Source of the DNA: Owenia fusiformis
Taxonomy: Eukaryota
DNA length: 64,000 nucleotides
Assembly: GCA_903813345.2 (NCBI GenBank)
Contig: CAIIXF020000001.1
Span: forward strand, 28,396,001 to 28,460,000
Direction of reading: 5' to 3'
A model generated the notes under the pieces. It worked only from the letters and a program-made list of their open reading frames with translations, ran no database searches and had not been told where the DNA came from. Within the stretch, counting starts at the first letter, position 1, and every line of letters starts with the position of its first letter. Below are positions 1 to 11,653 of the stretch, piece after piece. The translations under genes were made by a program, and so were the position numbers.

Positions 1-367
1 AAATAATATAATTTATTGCATAGGCTGGACCATAGGATGGAGGAAGAAAAGAGTTTTAAAATTATTTTTATTTGAAGCTTCTAGCTCAATTTTGAAGGAA
101 GTTGCATCAATTTTTGTAAAATTCAAAACAAATCTTAACCTTTTTTGGGTTGCTTATGCCACAATCACACCCCACTGACTGAAAACCGAAATTTTTTTTG
201 CGATCGAACCTCCCTTCCTGACTGAAAGCTGGCTACGCCCCTGTATTGTGTTTGTATCTCAGGGTTTGTATACTCTCTTTCATGAACCTATAATTTCTCA
301 ATATAACATTTACCATCAGCTGTAATGAAAAGGCAAAATAAAAATATCTCTTTACAACATTTCTTAC

Positions 368-3300
368 CTGTTTTCCCGACCAGCGAACTACAGGTTTTAT
401 GATAGATGGAGGTAGTAGTAGCACAGGGCCATCTTTGTCTGTTAAAGCATTGTACAGTAGCTGCTGGTAATCCTCCCTACAATAATCACAAGTCATAATT
501 ATAATATCAGTCAACAAAGAACCATTTAATTAGCATGAATCCAACACTTGATTTCTGAAGTAACTCAATAATGATTACAAGTAGGCTAAATGGTATTATC
601 TTAATTTTTCTTGAGTACCAGTTAAGATAGGTATACTGTAGATTGAAGTTCATTTGTTCTAACTTTCATGTAATTATTAAAATGTGAATCAGTTATAGAC
701 CAGCATTCTGTATTATCTATTGGTTGCATTTTCCGAGGTCACTCTGTATTACAGTGAAATTAACATTGGTTCCATATCATTTCAATGTCCATAAGCTTTA
801 ACCCAGAGAAGGTCTAAGTTTTTGTTAAATAATTTCAGTGAATAAACTATTCCTTTTTTGCCCCAACCCAACACATACAACTATATACTGCAGGTTACCT
901 GTTGAAAAATCTCCCCCTTATAGTCAGCATCACCCCAGATACCATGTGATCCTGAATCAGACCTGCTAGAGGGGAACCATCTTTGGGTACCAGGTACTGG
1001 AAGTTGGTACTAGCTAAAAAAAAAAGGGTCGAGAATATCAGCATTTTAGAGGTCACAATGAATTGACATTGGACAGCAATACAAAATGGGTCTAAAGATC
1101 TTCATCATTTTCTTTACAGCTTTTTTATTTTTATAATTTTATTTATGAAACTAAATCTAATATACTCAATCTTCTATGACTCTTTCACCAGTTTGGATGC
1201 TTACTTGAGTCCCTCTTAAAACCTCTTAGTATGGATCGCAAAATCTGATCACATTTATACCTAGTGACAAGTCCCACAAGATTAAGTTTTTAGACACATT
1301 TTACTACAGTTAGACAAGGCCTCTGATCTTGAATTATGATTCATGGCATTGTCTTTCCTGATATTGCCATGACAATATCATCACAACCTGCCATTTGTTA
1401 CACTGACCCCCTCCCCAACACCATCCACAAAAAAAGTTAAAGGAGATAGGAAAACAACTGAATTTAATGTATCACAACTCAAGATAATTTCAAGGAACAG
1501 TCTCCAAAATGCCAAGTTTAAGTACATATTCCTCAAATTTAATTTTTTTAATATATGCCATCCTGCAAGTTTACACTGACCTATGTTATAAGCTTCTGCT
1601 CTACATATTTCATTCTGTGGGAAATGTGCGTTCATTTCATCACCATCAAAGTCAGCATTATAAGCCTTACAGTTGGCATAGTGGAGTCTAAGTGTCTTCT
1701 CACCAGGCAAAATCCTTGCCTAAAATAGAATACAGAACATGTGTAGAACACCACATAAACATGCATATTAACAAGGAATTAACATGCAAAATGTCACAAC
1801 CTACTTTTGTTACAGACGCAGACCATGCAAAGCTATTTGTTACAGATGCTAAATACCAACTGCCAAATGCTGAACACCGACCAGAAACAAATCGGAAACT
1901 ATAACAATATGTCACCACATCTGGTGGTGACATAACAAAATCATGAAACATATCCACCCCAGTGTGTGCACATCTTTGTTCATTGGACTCCCGCCAATCA
2001 GGCTGAATGTAGTGTGAAGATTCTGTGTGCATTCAAAGCAATACATTTTGAAAATTTATTTATTTTGGGTTCACCACATGATTATGGATTATTCATCCCT
2101 GATGGCTAACATCACTTAAATTTATAAAAATACATATAGAGTTATTCTTACCTTATGTGCCTGCATACTCGGTCTATGCAATGTTGGTTGTCTGTTCAGC
2201 AGTAGCACATCTCCATTTTTCAAATGTCTGTATACCTGTTTAATATAAATTGAAGCATCAAACTTAAATGCTTTTGTAACATTTCTAACATATTCATGAT
2301 CCATCATAAACCCTTTACTTAGCTCTTTGATAATATCATATTTTATACAGAAATTTATAGAGTTTTAATTTAATTAAAAAAGTTTTAATCTCAATTAATC
2401 AATGTCTGCATTACCAATTATCAATCAGAAAGTAAGAGTTGTACCTTTTTGGTTCCTAATTGGGCACCAGGAGTACTACTTGGAGTTAACAGTTGCTTAG
2501 CAACAGCTTCTCTGTGCGTTTTATCACCGGCTTTAAGTATCAATTTAGAGCCATCTTCATTGATGACAAATGCAGCTCTGAAACATAAGTAATAATTTAT
2601 GTTACAAATCAAAGTTTAAAATGCTGATATCTATCTATTGCAACAAGTTCTGTTTTTTTTAAAACATTTCAAATAAATCTGAGACTCAACTTTTTCAGTA
2701 ATTATTGTTAATTTATTAAATTCTGCATGTTTTGAAAAATACAATAAATAAGGTCTCCTTTAGCACCAAAAAACAGTCAAAAATCAGAAAGGAAAAAAGG
2801 AATAAATCTAATATAATGTGATTTTTATTGATATCATTTCTATTAATTCAGGGCATTAACAGGACAAAATGTCACTTCCTGTTTACAATTAGAAACAAGG
2901 CACAAGGCATTAGCATGCAAAATGGCACCACCTGCCATTTGTTACAGATGCTGACAGCCATTTGTTACAGAAGCCAACCCCCAAACAACTGTCGAACACC
3001 ATCCACAAAAAAAAAAAGTTGGAGACTATAACAATACATCACCACTTCTGGTGGTGACATCACAAAATCATAAATAAAACAGACCACTGAACACACCAAC
3101 CACCAACTGCCAAACACCATTCACAAAAAATGGTGAATATGTCACCACTGGTGGTGACATAATAAAAAAAATCATTAAATAAAGACATCAATGCCAAACC
3201 CCCAAAAACCAGTCACAAAAATGGTGGGTATTACAATATCCCAACTTCTCGGTGGTGAGTGACATTATAAAAACATTATTACAACAAAAACAAGACTTCA

Positions 3301-6300
3301 GCCAGTCTTGCATGAAGTCCTCAACTCACCCAGGATGTACATCAGGCCCATTCATAACCATGCGCCTCAATTCTTGAACATTCCAGGGAGTCACAGGTTC
3401 AGGATAAGTCAGCTTTTTGGCAAACACAGAAGGGATTCCAATCTCATCAGTGTTGATATAGGGATCTGGAGAGATGACGGAGCGAGCTGCATAGTTGACA
3501 CGCTTACCCATCATGTTCTTGCGAAACAGGCCTTGTTTCTTTTCAAGAAGCTAGAATAGACATAGAGATAGACATAGACAAGGAACTTTAAACTCTTAAT
3601 GCAGTTTTTCTGTCAATGTGTCTGGCAGAGGCATAGACAACAGACACTGTGATACCTGTATGAAAATGATTTGGTTTAAGTGCAATATTTCAAATAGAGT
3701 GGACAAATTATATCAGTCTAGAGAGATTTTTGCTCAAACTTCATCTATCACCTGTATTTAAATTTAAGAGACATCTTTTTCTGCTCAAAAACCTCACAAT
3801 GCTCATCCTGTTGGAATGTTTATAATGATTACTTTAAAAAGAGCTCAAAATTCTGACAAATTTGTAAACAAACATATGATTTGAACATAATAACATAATG
3901 ATTTGCCAAATCTGAGGAATTGAGACAAGTAAAAACCCTCATCTTTCTTTAAATATTCTGAACTGCATATTAAATAAATTAAAAACCAGAAATATTTTTC
4001 TAGCCATGATGGTTCAGATTTCAAAAATGTATTGCTGTAAACCCAAGACCATATATCATTACTGAAAAAGATTAGACCTTCTGGTCTTCTGGGTCTTACT
4101 TGTTTGATACCAGGGTTCTTGTCTCTATTCAGCTTGTCCAACAGACAATCCACACAGCAGTTGATCTTGGTCTGCAGCTGTATCCAGCTGTTGTTTAACT
4201 TCTCATTCAGTGTTTTCCCAGAGATATCTTCCAAGGTAGACTAAAATTAAATAAATCAATTATTCTTGATGACAAATTCTAATGACTGATATCAAATATT
4301 TCAATGAAAATATTTTAATACTTCCATTAAGTTACATATCTTCTCCATAAATTGCATGTATACGCACTGTACATACACTGAAGTATATAATGAGTAAGAG
4401 AGACTGACAAAATATTTCCTTTAGGTTTAATGGTTTTCATTATCTTCATCTTTAAAACATTATTGTGTTACAGTGCCAGGGTCAAGGTTATGTGTTACTG
4501 GCCCTGATGAGACTACAATAATGAGACATTAAAAAAAAAATAATGCCATGGGTCATGATGCCAGAATAACAAACTGAATCTACATGAATAAGATATTACT
4601 ATATTGCATAATTTCTATAATTTCACTGAGAACTATATATAAATCAAGTAAATGGTGCTGACAAGTTATTTCTTCAGATTTCACATGCACATATTTTACC
4701 CCTATCTCAGCAGTACTGGCATTTAACAAGGTGTCCGTCGAATTCTCCTGACCGACTTCCTCCCGATATTTCTGCTGCAGTACTCTACGTATCGTATAGT
4801 TTGACTTGATTACATTCACAAGGTTGCCAGATTGTGGATTTTCAAACCTTTTGTCTCCCATCTGTGAAATCTGAAAAATTAAACCAAAAAAACTTTTTAC
4901 TGGTTGTAGTGGTGAACTGGTTTTTAAGCAATGCCATTTGGACAATCTCATTAAAAAGTAATGAACATATGATTATGATGTTAAATATTATTGCAACGAC
5001 CCTTGATAGTAAGTTGCTACTACGGCCCAGCTGTAGTTGCTTAAGCCTTTATAGCTCAGTCAGTAGAGCATCAGTCTTTGGATCCAAGGGTCCTAGGTTC
5101 GATTCCCACACAGGGCATTGGATTTAGCACACTTTCTTTCAATTTCTTTATCTGGCTTGTTACACTATGCTCGTTAGTTAGACATTCCCCTGGGGCGCCC
5201 TCGGGTCATTACATTATCAGTAGGATAACTACAGATTTAATAAATTCACAAATGATATTTTAACTTCTAATGATTCCTTCCATCATTTGCCATAATTTTG
5301 GACATTTGTCTTCCATTGAGAGTTTTAACCAGAGTTTTTTTACTCTGAAATACGGGTCTAACCCTTCAAAATGATATATAACTTATTGGGCCTTGCTTCA
5401 TTTTCTTGCTTATACATTCATTTACATTTATTTACATTATATTTCATTTTTTTACATTTCCAAAAAGTGATCAGGCGTGAGAGAATTAGGACATAACAAG
5501 ACAAGATGTCACCACCTGGACAGTGTAACAACTGCTGGAAAGTGTAACAACTTCTGGAAAGTGTAACAACTGCTGGAAAGTGTAACAACTGCTGGAAAGT
5601 GTAACAACTGCTGATGCCAACACTGACCCTCTCATTCACAAAAAGTGGAAAAAAAGACAAAGAACTTACTGGCCTAAATCTAGAAGGAGGCACTGGTACT
5701 ACTGATAGAAAGAACATATCAGTAGGGTAAGAATCTGTATCAGTTACAGGTACATCTAAACATCCGTAAATCTTTCTCAGTAGGGGTCCACAATTCTGCC
5801 AGATGAGCCTCAGGTCTTGCCTTGCTTGTTCAGGTGTCAGGTACATCTGTTCAGTTAGGGATTCCACTGCAGCCTCATCATTCTCATTCTCTTTTTCAGT
5901 CCTATCAAGGACTATCTCTTCAGGAGCGATGTTCTCCTGCTCTGCTTGCCGTTTTTGCCTAGAAATTAGATTCATTCATTTTATAGATACTGTACCGTAT
6001 ATCAAATCTGAAACAGGTTAATTCGATGCAAGAATGATGAGATGATAAATATCAGCGACAGAAATATTTTAGCCTAAATCAATTTTCAGAATATTACAGG
6101 ACTAAGTGAGTCTGGAACAAGATAGGAATTTTGGGAATGTCGCATCAGGGTTTGGGCGAAAATTAAAAGCCAAAAACAAGGTGTATATACAGATAATTTT
6201 CATGGCTTATGGATGCATTTATTGCATTTTCTTTGCTTTTTGTCTACACTACAATGATGAAATGTCTAGTATGTCCCAATGGTAAACCAAAATATTCACT

Positions 6301-7793
6301 GCACATGGGGAATCACATCCCATTCCGGGTCCAAAGTCCAGAAGAAACAGTGACACCCCTCTTCCCCCTAGCAGTCAAATCAATAATTTCTATTATTGGA
6401 TGCATTACTATGTCAGCAAATTAATGAGATAACAAGCAAGCATGGTACATTTAAAATACTTACTCTAACAACCGAAGTTTTTCTCGCCTTTTCATGATAA
6501 CTTGTTTAGCTCTTTTAGCACCATATCCTTTGGTGTAATACAGCTTACTATAATGTTCTTGTCTTAGTTTCCTTGAAGGCATGTAGCAGTGTGGACACTT
6601 GCTATTGTGAAGACATGTCTTGATGAAATCCTTTATTAGTTTAGAACGTAACTCCTCGATGTTCTTAACACTATGATTTCTGCCATCTGATTTTGGTCCA
6701 TCTGGAAATATATAGCGTTTAATAGAATAGATGCAAGTAGAAATAATCCTGCTTTTTAAAAGTCATTAAAATATTCAAAATTAAGTCAATATGATATCAA
6801 TTTTGAGATCAACATGTAAAATGTAATCTAAAAATATGGTTTCAAAAATTGCTTTTCACTTTTAAATTTGCTAAACTTTGTCATCCGGATAATGATACAG
6901 ACTTGAATATTGTAAAAAAGCATTCAGTGAAACATAAATGAAAAAAAAATATATGGCTATATTTTTATGAAGTTTACATACCATTAATAGCCTGTAACAG
7001 TACTTTATTAAGTTGATCCGCCAGATCACCCGTGTCCTGCAGATCTCCACCATCATCCATCAATGTATTGTTCATTGTCTCTTGGAGATCCTGCACAAGG
7101 CCTAGGAAGCCCAGTGAAAGACTCTGTAGCTGCATGGTCAGTAGCGTCACTGAACAATTCCTCACTAACATGTTGTGGCACTTCTGGCATGACCCTTTTA
7201 ATATCTGAAATAATGACAACTTCCTTGGAAAGGGAAAATTTGAATTACATGAATTATCCTTTACTTAAAGACCTTTAAATTATGGGCCCCAATTTCTTAA
7301 AAATATGCCCAGATTAATAAAAAATGCCCAGTAATGCCAGTTTGTTATCTAAATTGCCTAATTTTTGTGGGGAGGAGCAGACTTTGATCTTCAATATTTT
7401 GGGCCCACCTGGGGATGGAAGCGGGGGGGGGGGTCTCTGCTCCCCCATGTTCACCACTGGTATGATTTAATGAAATACAGGTTATAGTTAATGTCTTACC
7501 TGGTACATTGTGTTGAAAAAGACAGGATTATAGACTGGAACAGCTAAAGAAATATGTCCCATATGGCCGGGGCAATGTATATAGTTCTGACGGCATGTTG
7601 CACACACGTCATCACGGTCTACTGCACCTAGATGTGGATCATATAGGCCTCCATAAGTAGGATGCATCAATGAATCGAATGAGTTGGGATTTGTAATTTC
7701 CTTAACACTCAAGCGTTGTACTTCGACATCACTGTAAGTGCCAAAAGACAGCCGAGACAGCCTTTGATATGGTTCTTCAGTTTCAAGTGTCAT
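368..7793 (-). CDS. POLR1A: DNA-directed RNA polymerase I largest subunit (RPA1), 5' part; gene continues beyond the left edge
   Basis: Coding exons (minus): 7793-7500, 7204-6982, 6701-6464, 5958-5670, 4870-4700, 4240-4100, 3550-3330, 2577-2445, 2235-2152, 1719-1581, 1013-899, 476-368; all GT-AG and phase-consistent. Motifs: [21 protein letters not shown] clamp Zn site, [36 protein letters not shown], catalytic [22 protein letters not shown] and [18 protein letters not shown] are Pol I-type. Confidence 0.97.
4992..5213 (+). mobile_element. Solo LTR-like element containing a tRNA-derived sequence (Helenus/TRIM-like)
   Basis: TG...CA ends with 11-bp imperfect inverted termini (TGCAACGACCC / GGGTCATTACA). 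4-bp TSD TTAT at 4988-4991 and 5214-5217. Internal 73-nt tRNA-like stretch 5045-5117 with A box TAGCTCAGTCAGTAGAGC and B box GGTTCGATTCC. Confidence 0.7.
5522..5612. repeat. Minisatellite, ~19-20-bp unit GTGTAACAACTGCTGGAAA, ~4.5 copies
   Basis: Direct tandem copies visible in a POLR1A intron. Confidence 0.85.
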
Positions 7794-8330
7794 GACTGCG
7801 AATCCTGAAAATCATATGTTATATTGTAAAACTTTCAACATGAATGATTTTTGAGTTATATTGACATTGACTGTGCATATGGTAAGATATTACAGTGAAC
7901 ATTTGTACTGAAGAGTCGAAGACCAGAATGAATACCACAATGAGTTATAGAAGTGAAAGATATTGATACACATTAGCATATACCAGCCATATCATTACAG
8001 TATATCAAACAATGAATTGATCGTGTGTTGACTTAACCCTAACTGATTTTTTGCAGTTGGAATCATAATATTGGCTGTAACCAAAATGCCGTTCCGACAT
8101 TTTGAAACCTGTCCGAGTAAATAAGGTTAAAGGTGCATTATGCCAAAGGTTTCTCCCCCAGACAATCAATGATGTCCTATTGTTATTGCTCATATAATAT
8201 CTCACATACTATCGATATATCTTGAGAATAACTTTTGGGTATATTATTGCCGAAATATCGGAAATAATCAACAGAACAACCAAACTCCAGAATTAAACAC
8301 AATCGATTCCTCGGGTAGGGGAATACCCAT

Positions 8331-8445
8331 TGAGTCACACAAGCGCCCACAAGCGCCTTGAACCAGGCAGCCAATCAGGTTTGTGATAAACAAATTCAAC
8401 AACCAATCAGATAACAGGAGCTAGGACTTTCCCGGTATATTCAAA
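8331..8445. promoter_or_regulatory. Promoter motif cluster upstream of POLR1A (tandem CCAAT boxes)
   Basis: CCAATCAG at 8371 and 8403 (32 bp apart), TGAGTCA at 8331, TTTCCCGG at 8428; lies in the divergent POLR1A/pirin interval. Confidence 0.45.
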
Positions 8446-9857
8446 CTTCAGATTGAATTAATTTCTTCGAAAATAAAATCTGCCAGCACAATCGCAAAAT
8501 TAACACTGAAAGAGGGGGATTTGGGACCTCTTCTTTGGTATGTAGATAGGTATATATGTGGTGAAACTCAATAAGCAAAAAAGTCCAGAGGGGTCTGGAT
8601 TGTGCTATCCTATGGCATAGAACCTATTTAACTGATGTTGCATTCTGGGAGTCAATCCTCCTTGGATCACAAACATGGCGATTCATGAAAACATTTGTTC
8701 GATTTGATAGGAATAGACTAGATGCGAGTAGAAATAATCTTGATTTACATCACTAAATATTCAAAATTCAGTCAAAGTGATGTCATATTTGAAATCTACA
8801 TGTAAAAGTACATATAGAAATATGGTTTCGAAAATTGTTTATCAACTTTGAAAATTTAATTTTTTGGGAAAACGTGACTTCTAGTTCGGGTTGATTCCCC
8901 ATAGACCCCATGTTACAAAATCACAAAAAGTGAAATATCTTTTCTTGTATTGGACAGATAACATTTTCTTTTAATGGACATATTTCAATTTACATTACAA
9001 TTAGATACATAAGGGTTATATGAAAATTGAACGACTAAAACAGATGTAATTTAAGTTAAAGGGAACTTTCTACTATACCCGGCATGCTATCTGACCCGAA
9101 CAAGCCACCTGGTGGTGAAACTGGTAACTACTTACCCGCATCTGCGTTATTCATCCATCATTTACAGGTATGAAGCTTTGGATTCATTTATTGTGCTACT
9201 TAAAGCATGGGCTTTCAATTAGATTATTTTGAGAAACGGAACTTAGAATTTAGCTCATTGTGACAACTTTTGATGGTTGAGGTTTATAATATCTCCGACT
9301 TTAGGTCAGTAGGGGTGACTCTCCATGTTTCAAGGAAAATGCGTGACATATACGTCATCCGCATGAAAAGTATGAACAAAATACTTTCGTTTTTTCTGCG
9401 TTCGGTATTTTGCTGTATCGGCGATCACTTTTTTGAAGTTTTTCTTCAGGAATATTTTTGCTTGACAATAATCGGGTAAAATGCGTGTTTGCATGACATA
9501 TTCTGCATTCTGTCACGCAAAATAAACTGGAGTGCCTTCAAATTTTCCAGCAAATGCGTGACAAATACGCAAATTGCGGGACAGTTGGACGGCCTGAGAA
9601 CAGTCTATATAATATAGCTTCCTAAGCTAGACTTTAGTATGCAGTGCAGTAGACCTAAATTTTTTCAGATTTTTTCAACACCGAAAATGGGCGATTATCA
9701 TGTTAGAGCCTGTAGACAGATCTAGCAGCTTACTTGTAGTAAACAGCAAATGCAATCATCAAACTTTCAAGATTATATTTTAAAAACGTACCCTTTTAAC
9801 CACCTGAACTACGATAATTTCCAATAATAGATGAAAAATTGCAATGTTTTCATTTTT

Positions 9858-9930
9858 CACGTGTTCATCTTAAACCGGAAGTGACCTTTCGTTGGCATAA
9901 GCGACATTGACCTACATAGTTGAAACAGGT
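9858..9930 (+). promoter_or_regulatory. Probable pirin promoter and non-coding first exon
   Basis: CACGTG at 9858, CCGGAAGT (ETS) at 9875, donor CAG|GTAAAA at 9928/9929. The first pirin coding exon is preceded by an acceptor (17519-17520), so an upstream exon is required. Confidence 0.45.
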
Positions 9931-11165
9931 AAAAATTTTGTTACATACAATTGTCCAGCATACATGTATTAGCCACACTTGCAATACAAATTATACATAG
10001 GCAGCCTCACAAGGAAGCATTAGGTAATACGCCTTTTGATAAAATGTCACTCAATTTCCAATTCTGAAAGCTCAATCTACTTTGCACAGTTTCAAAATGA
10101 TTTTGCACTGCAGTGACTGAGTGAGTCTTTCAAACTGTCAATCAAAAAGAACTGGAGGTACTGATGCAGGCCTGTCAACTTGGGAATACTTAACATGAGT
10201 GACTTACAAATGTGGAACATCTTCCTTCAAATTGTGGATACCTTGGTTTGAAACTCAATTTTTTCCCGCTCACTAATGCTCACTCCCTCAACGGGGGAGG
10301 GGGTAGGTACAAAATATTTCGAAGCAAATGTGTGACATATACACATATTTCGAAGCAAAGGCATGACATATACGGAATTCGCGTGAAAAGTCCTTTTTTC
10401 GACATTTGTTGTTTTACTGTATCAGCATTTTATAAAAAGCAAATTTTTTTTAAATATCAACATAATACGTGATTTGCGTGACATTTTATCATACATGCAA
10501 AATTGATGTGTGATTTCATTTTTCCAGCAAATGTGTGACAATCACGCCTAATGCGTGAGGGTTGACAGGGCAGCTGATGTACATGTAGTTACATATAGTT
10601 TAGGGCAGTAGGTAACTGAGTTAAGATTATTGCATCTTATAGCTCATTATTGGTAGAACATAGACAGTACTAGAGTCACAAGCTTAGGCAAGACAGTTAA
10701 CAGGCCCGTAAGACACCTTTCTCCAAGGGGGTGCAGTTTTTACTAAAGAGAATATAAAATTGTCAATTTTTTGCCGCGTAAGTCAAATCGTGTAAGGCAG
10801 ATAGGGGGGTTGGTTACTCCCTATAGTGGGACCACTCAGCCAATTTTGGAGCATTTTATTGATTTTAAACTAAATATTGTATGAACAAATTGGAGAAACA
10901 TTGGAATAGGGGGAGGGTGTGCTAGAAGTGCATAAATGTTTACCCGAGAACTTTTACCAGTTCAAGATCACAATCAGTGATTTCTGAACACTTTCAAGTG
11001 TTTTAATCAATAGAATCAATTTAAAGAAATTCAGAATTTTTTCAATCATTTTCTTCTAAGGGAAGCGAGGGGCAGCCTAAGAAAATTTTACTAATTCAAG
11101 ATGCTGTCTGGTTATTTCTGAGCACTTTGAATGTCTTTGAGTAAACGAATGCTTTAGTTTTTGAT

Positions 11166-11653
11166 TAGGGATGAGACGATTTCCCGATATTGTCTCGTCC
11201 CTCAGGACTTTGGTCACGGGACGGGACAACCCTTGTGCACCGAAGATATCGGTCCATGTTCAGGATATATTATGATCTAAACTAGTTTTTTCTTTTGTTT
11301 TTCCAATTATCTGCCGGATTACGTTCATGCATAAATGCCATTTAGTGGCAATTACTATAAGTGATAATAATAAACGAAAATTCAGTTTTATCGATAACAG
11401 TGTTTCCCTATGAAATATACTTTAATTTGAACAATAACAAAGAACTTCATCGGCGAGAAAGGTAACAGTTTAAAATTAATCTCAGATTACAAGATTTGCG
11501 CAAGATGCACACCCATCTTATGATAAGTTATGACGTTCAAAAGATCCGCACTGCATAAGCATAACCGGAAGTTAAATGTAAGTTGTTGAACTGCATCATG
11601 AAATAGATAATTCCCGTCCCGCCCCGAAATATTTTTGTTCCGTGACATCCCTA
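11166..11653. mobile_element. hAT-like MITE
   Basis: TIRs TAGGGATGAGACG / CGTGACATCCCTA; 8-bp TSD with one mismatch (TTTTTGAT / TTTTTGAG). Confidence 0.7.

Noticed and set aside
5045-5117. Functional tRNA gene
   Set aside because: Acceptor and anticodon stems are mispaired, and it lies inside a TSD-flanked element.
6723-8860. ~140-bp similarity between 6723-6870 and 8718-8860 as a regulatory duplication
   Set aside because: Diverged and without clear boundaries; most simply two fragments of a dispersed repeat.
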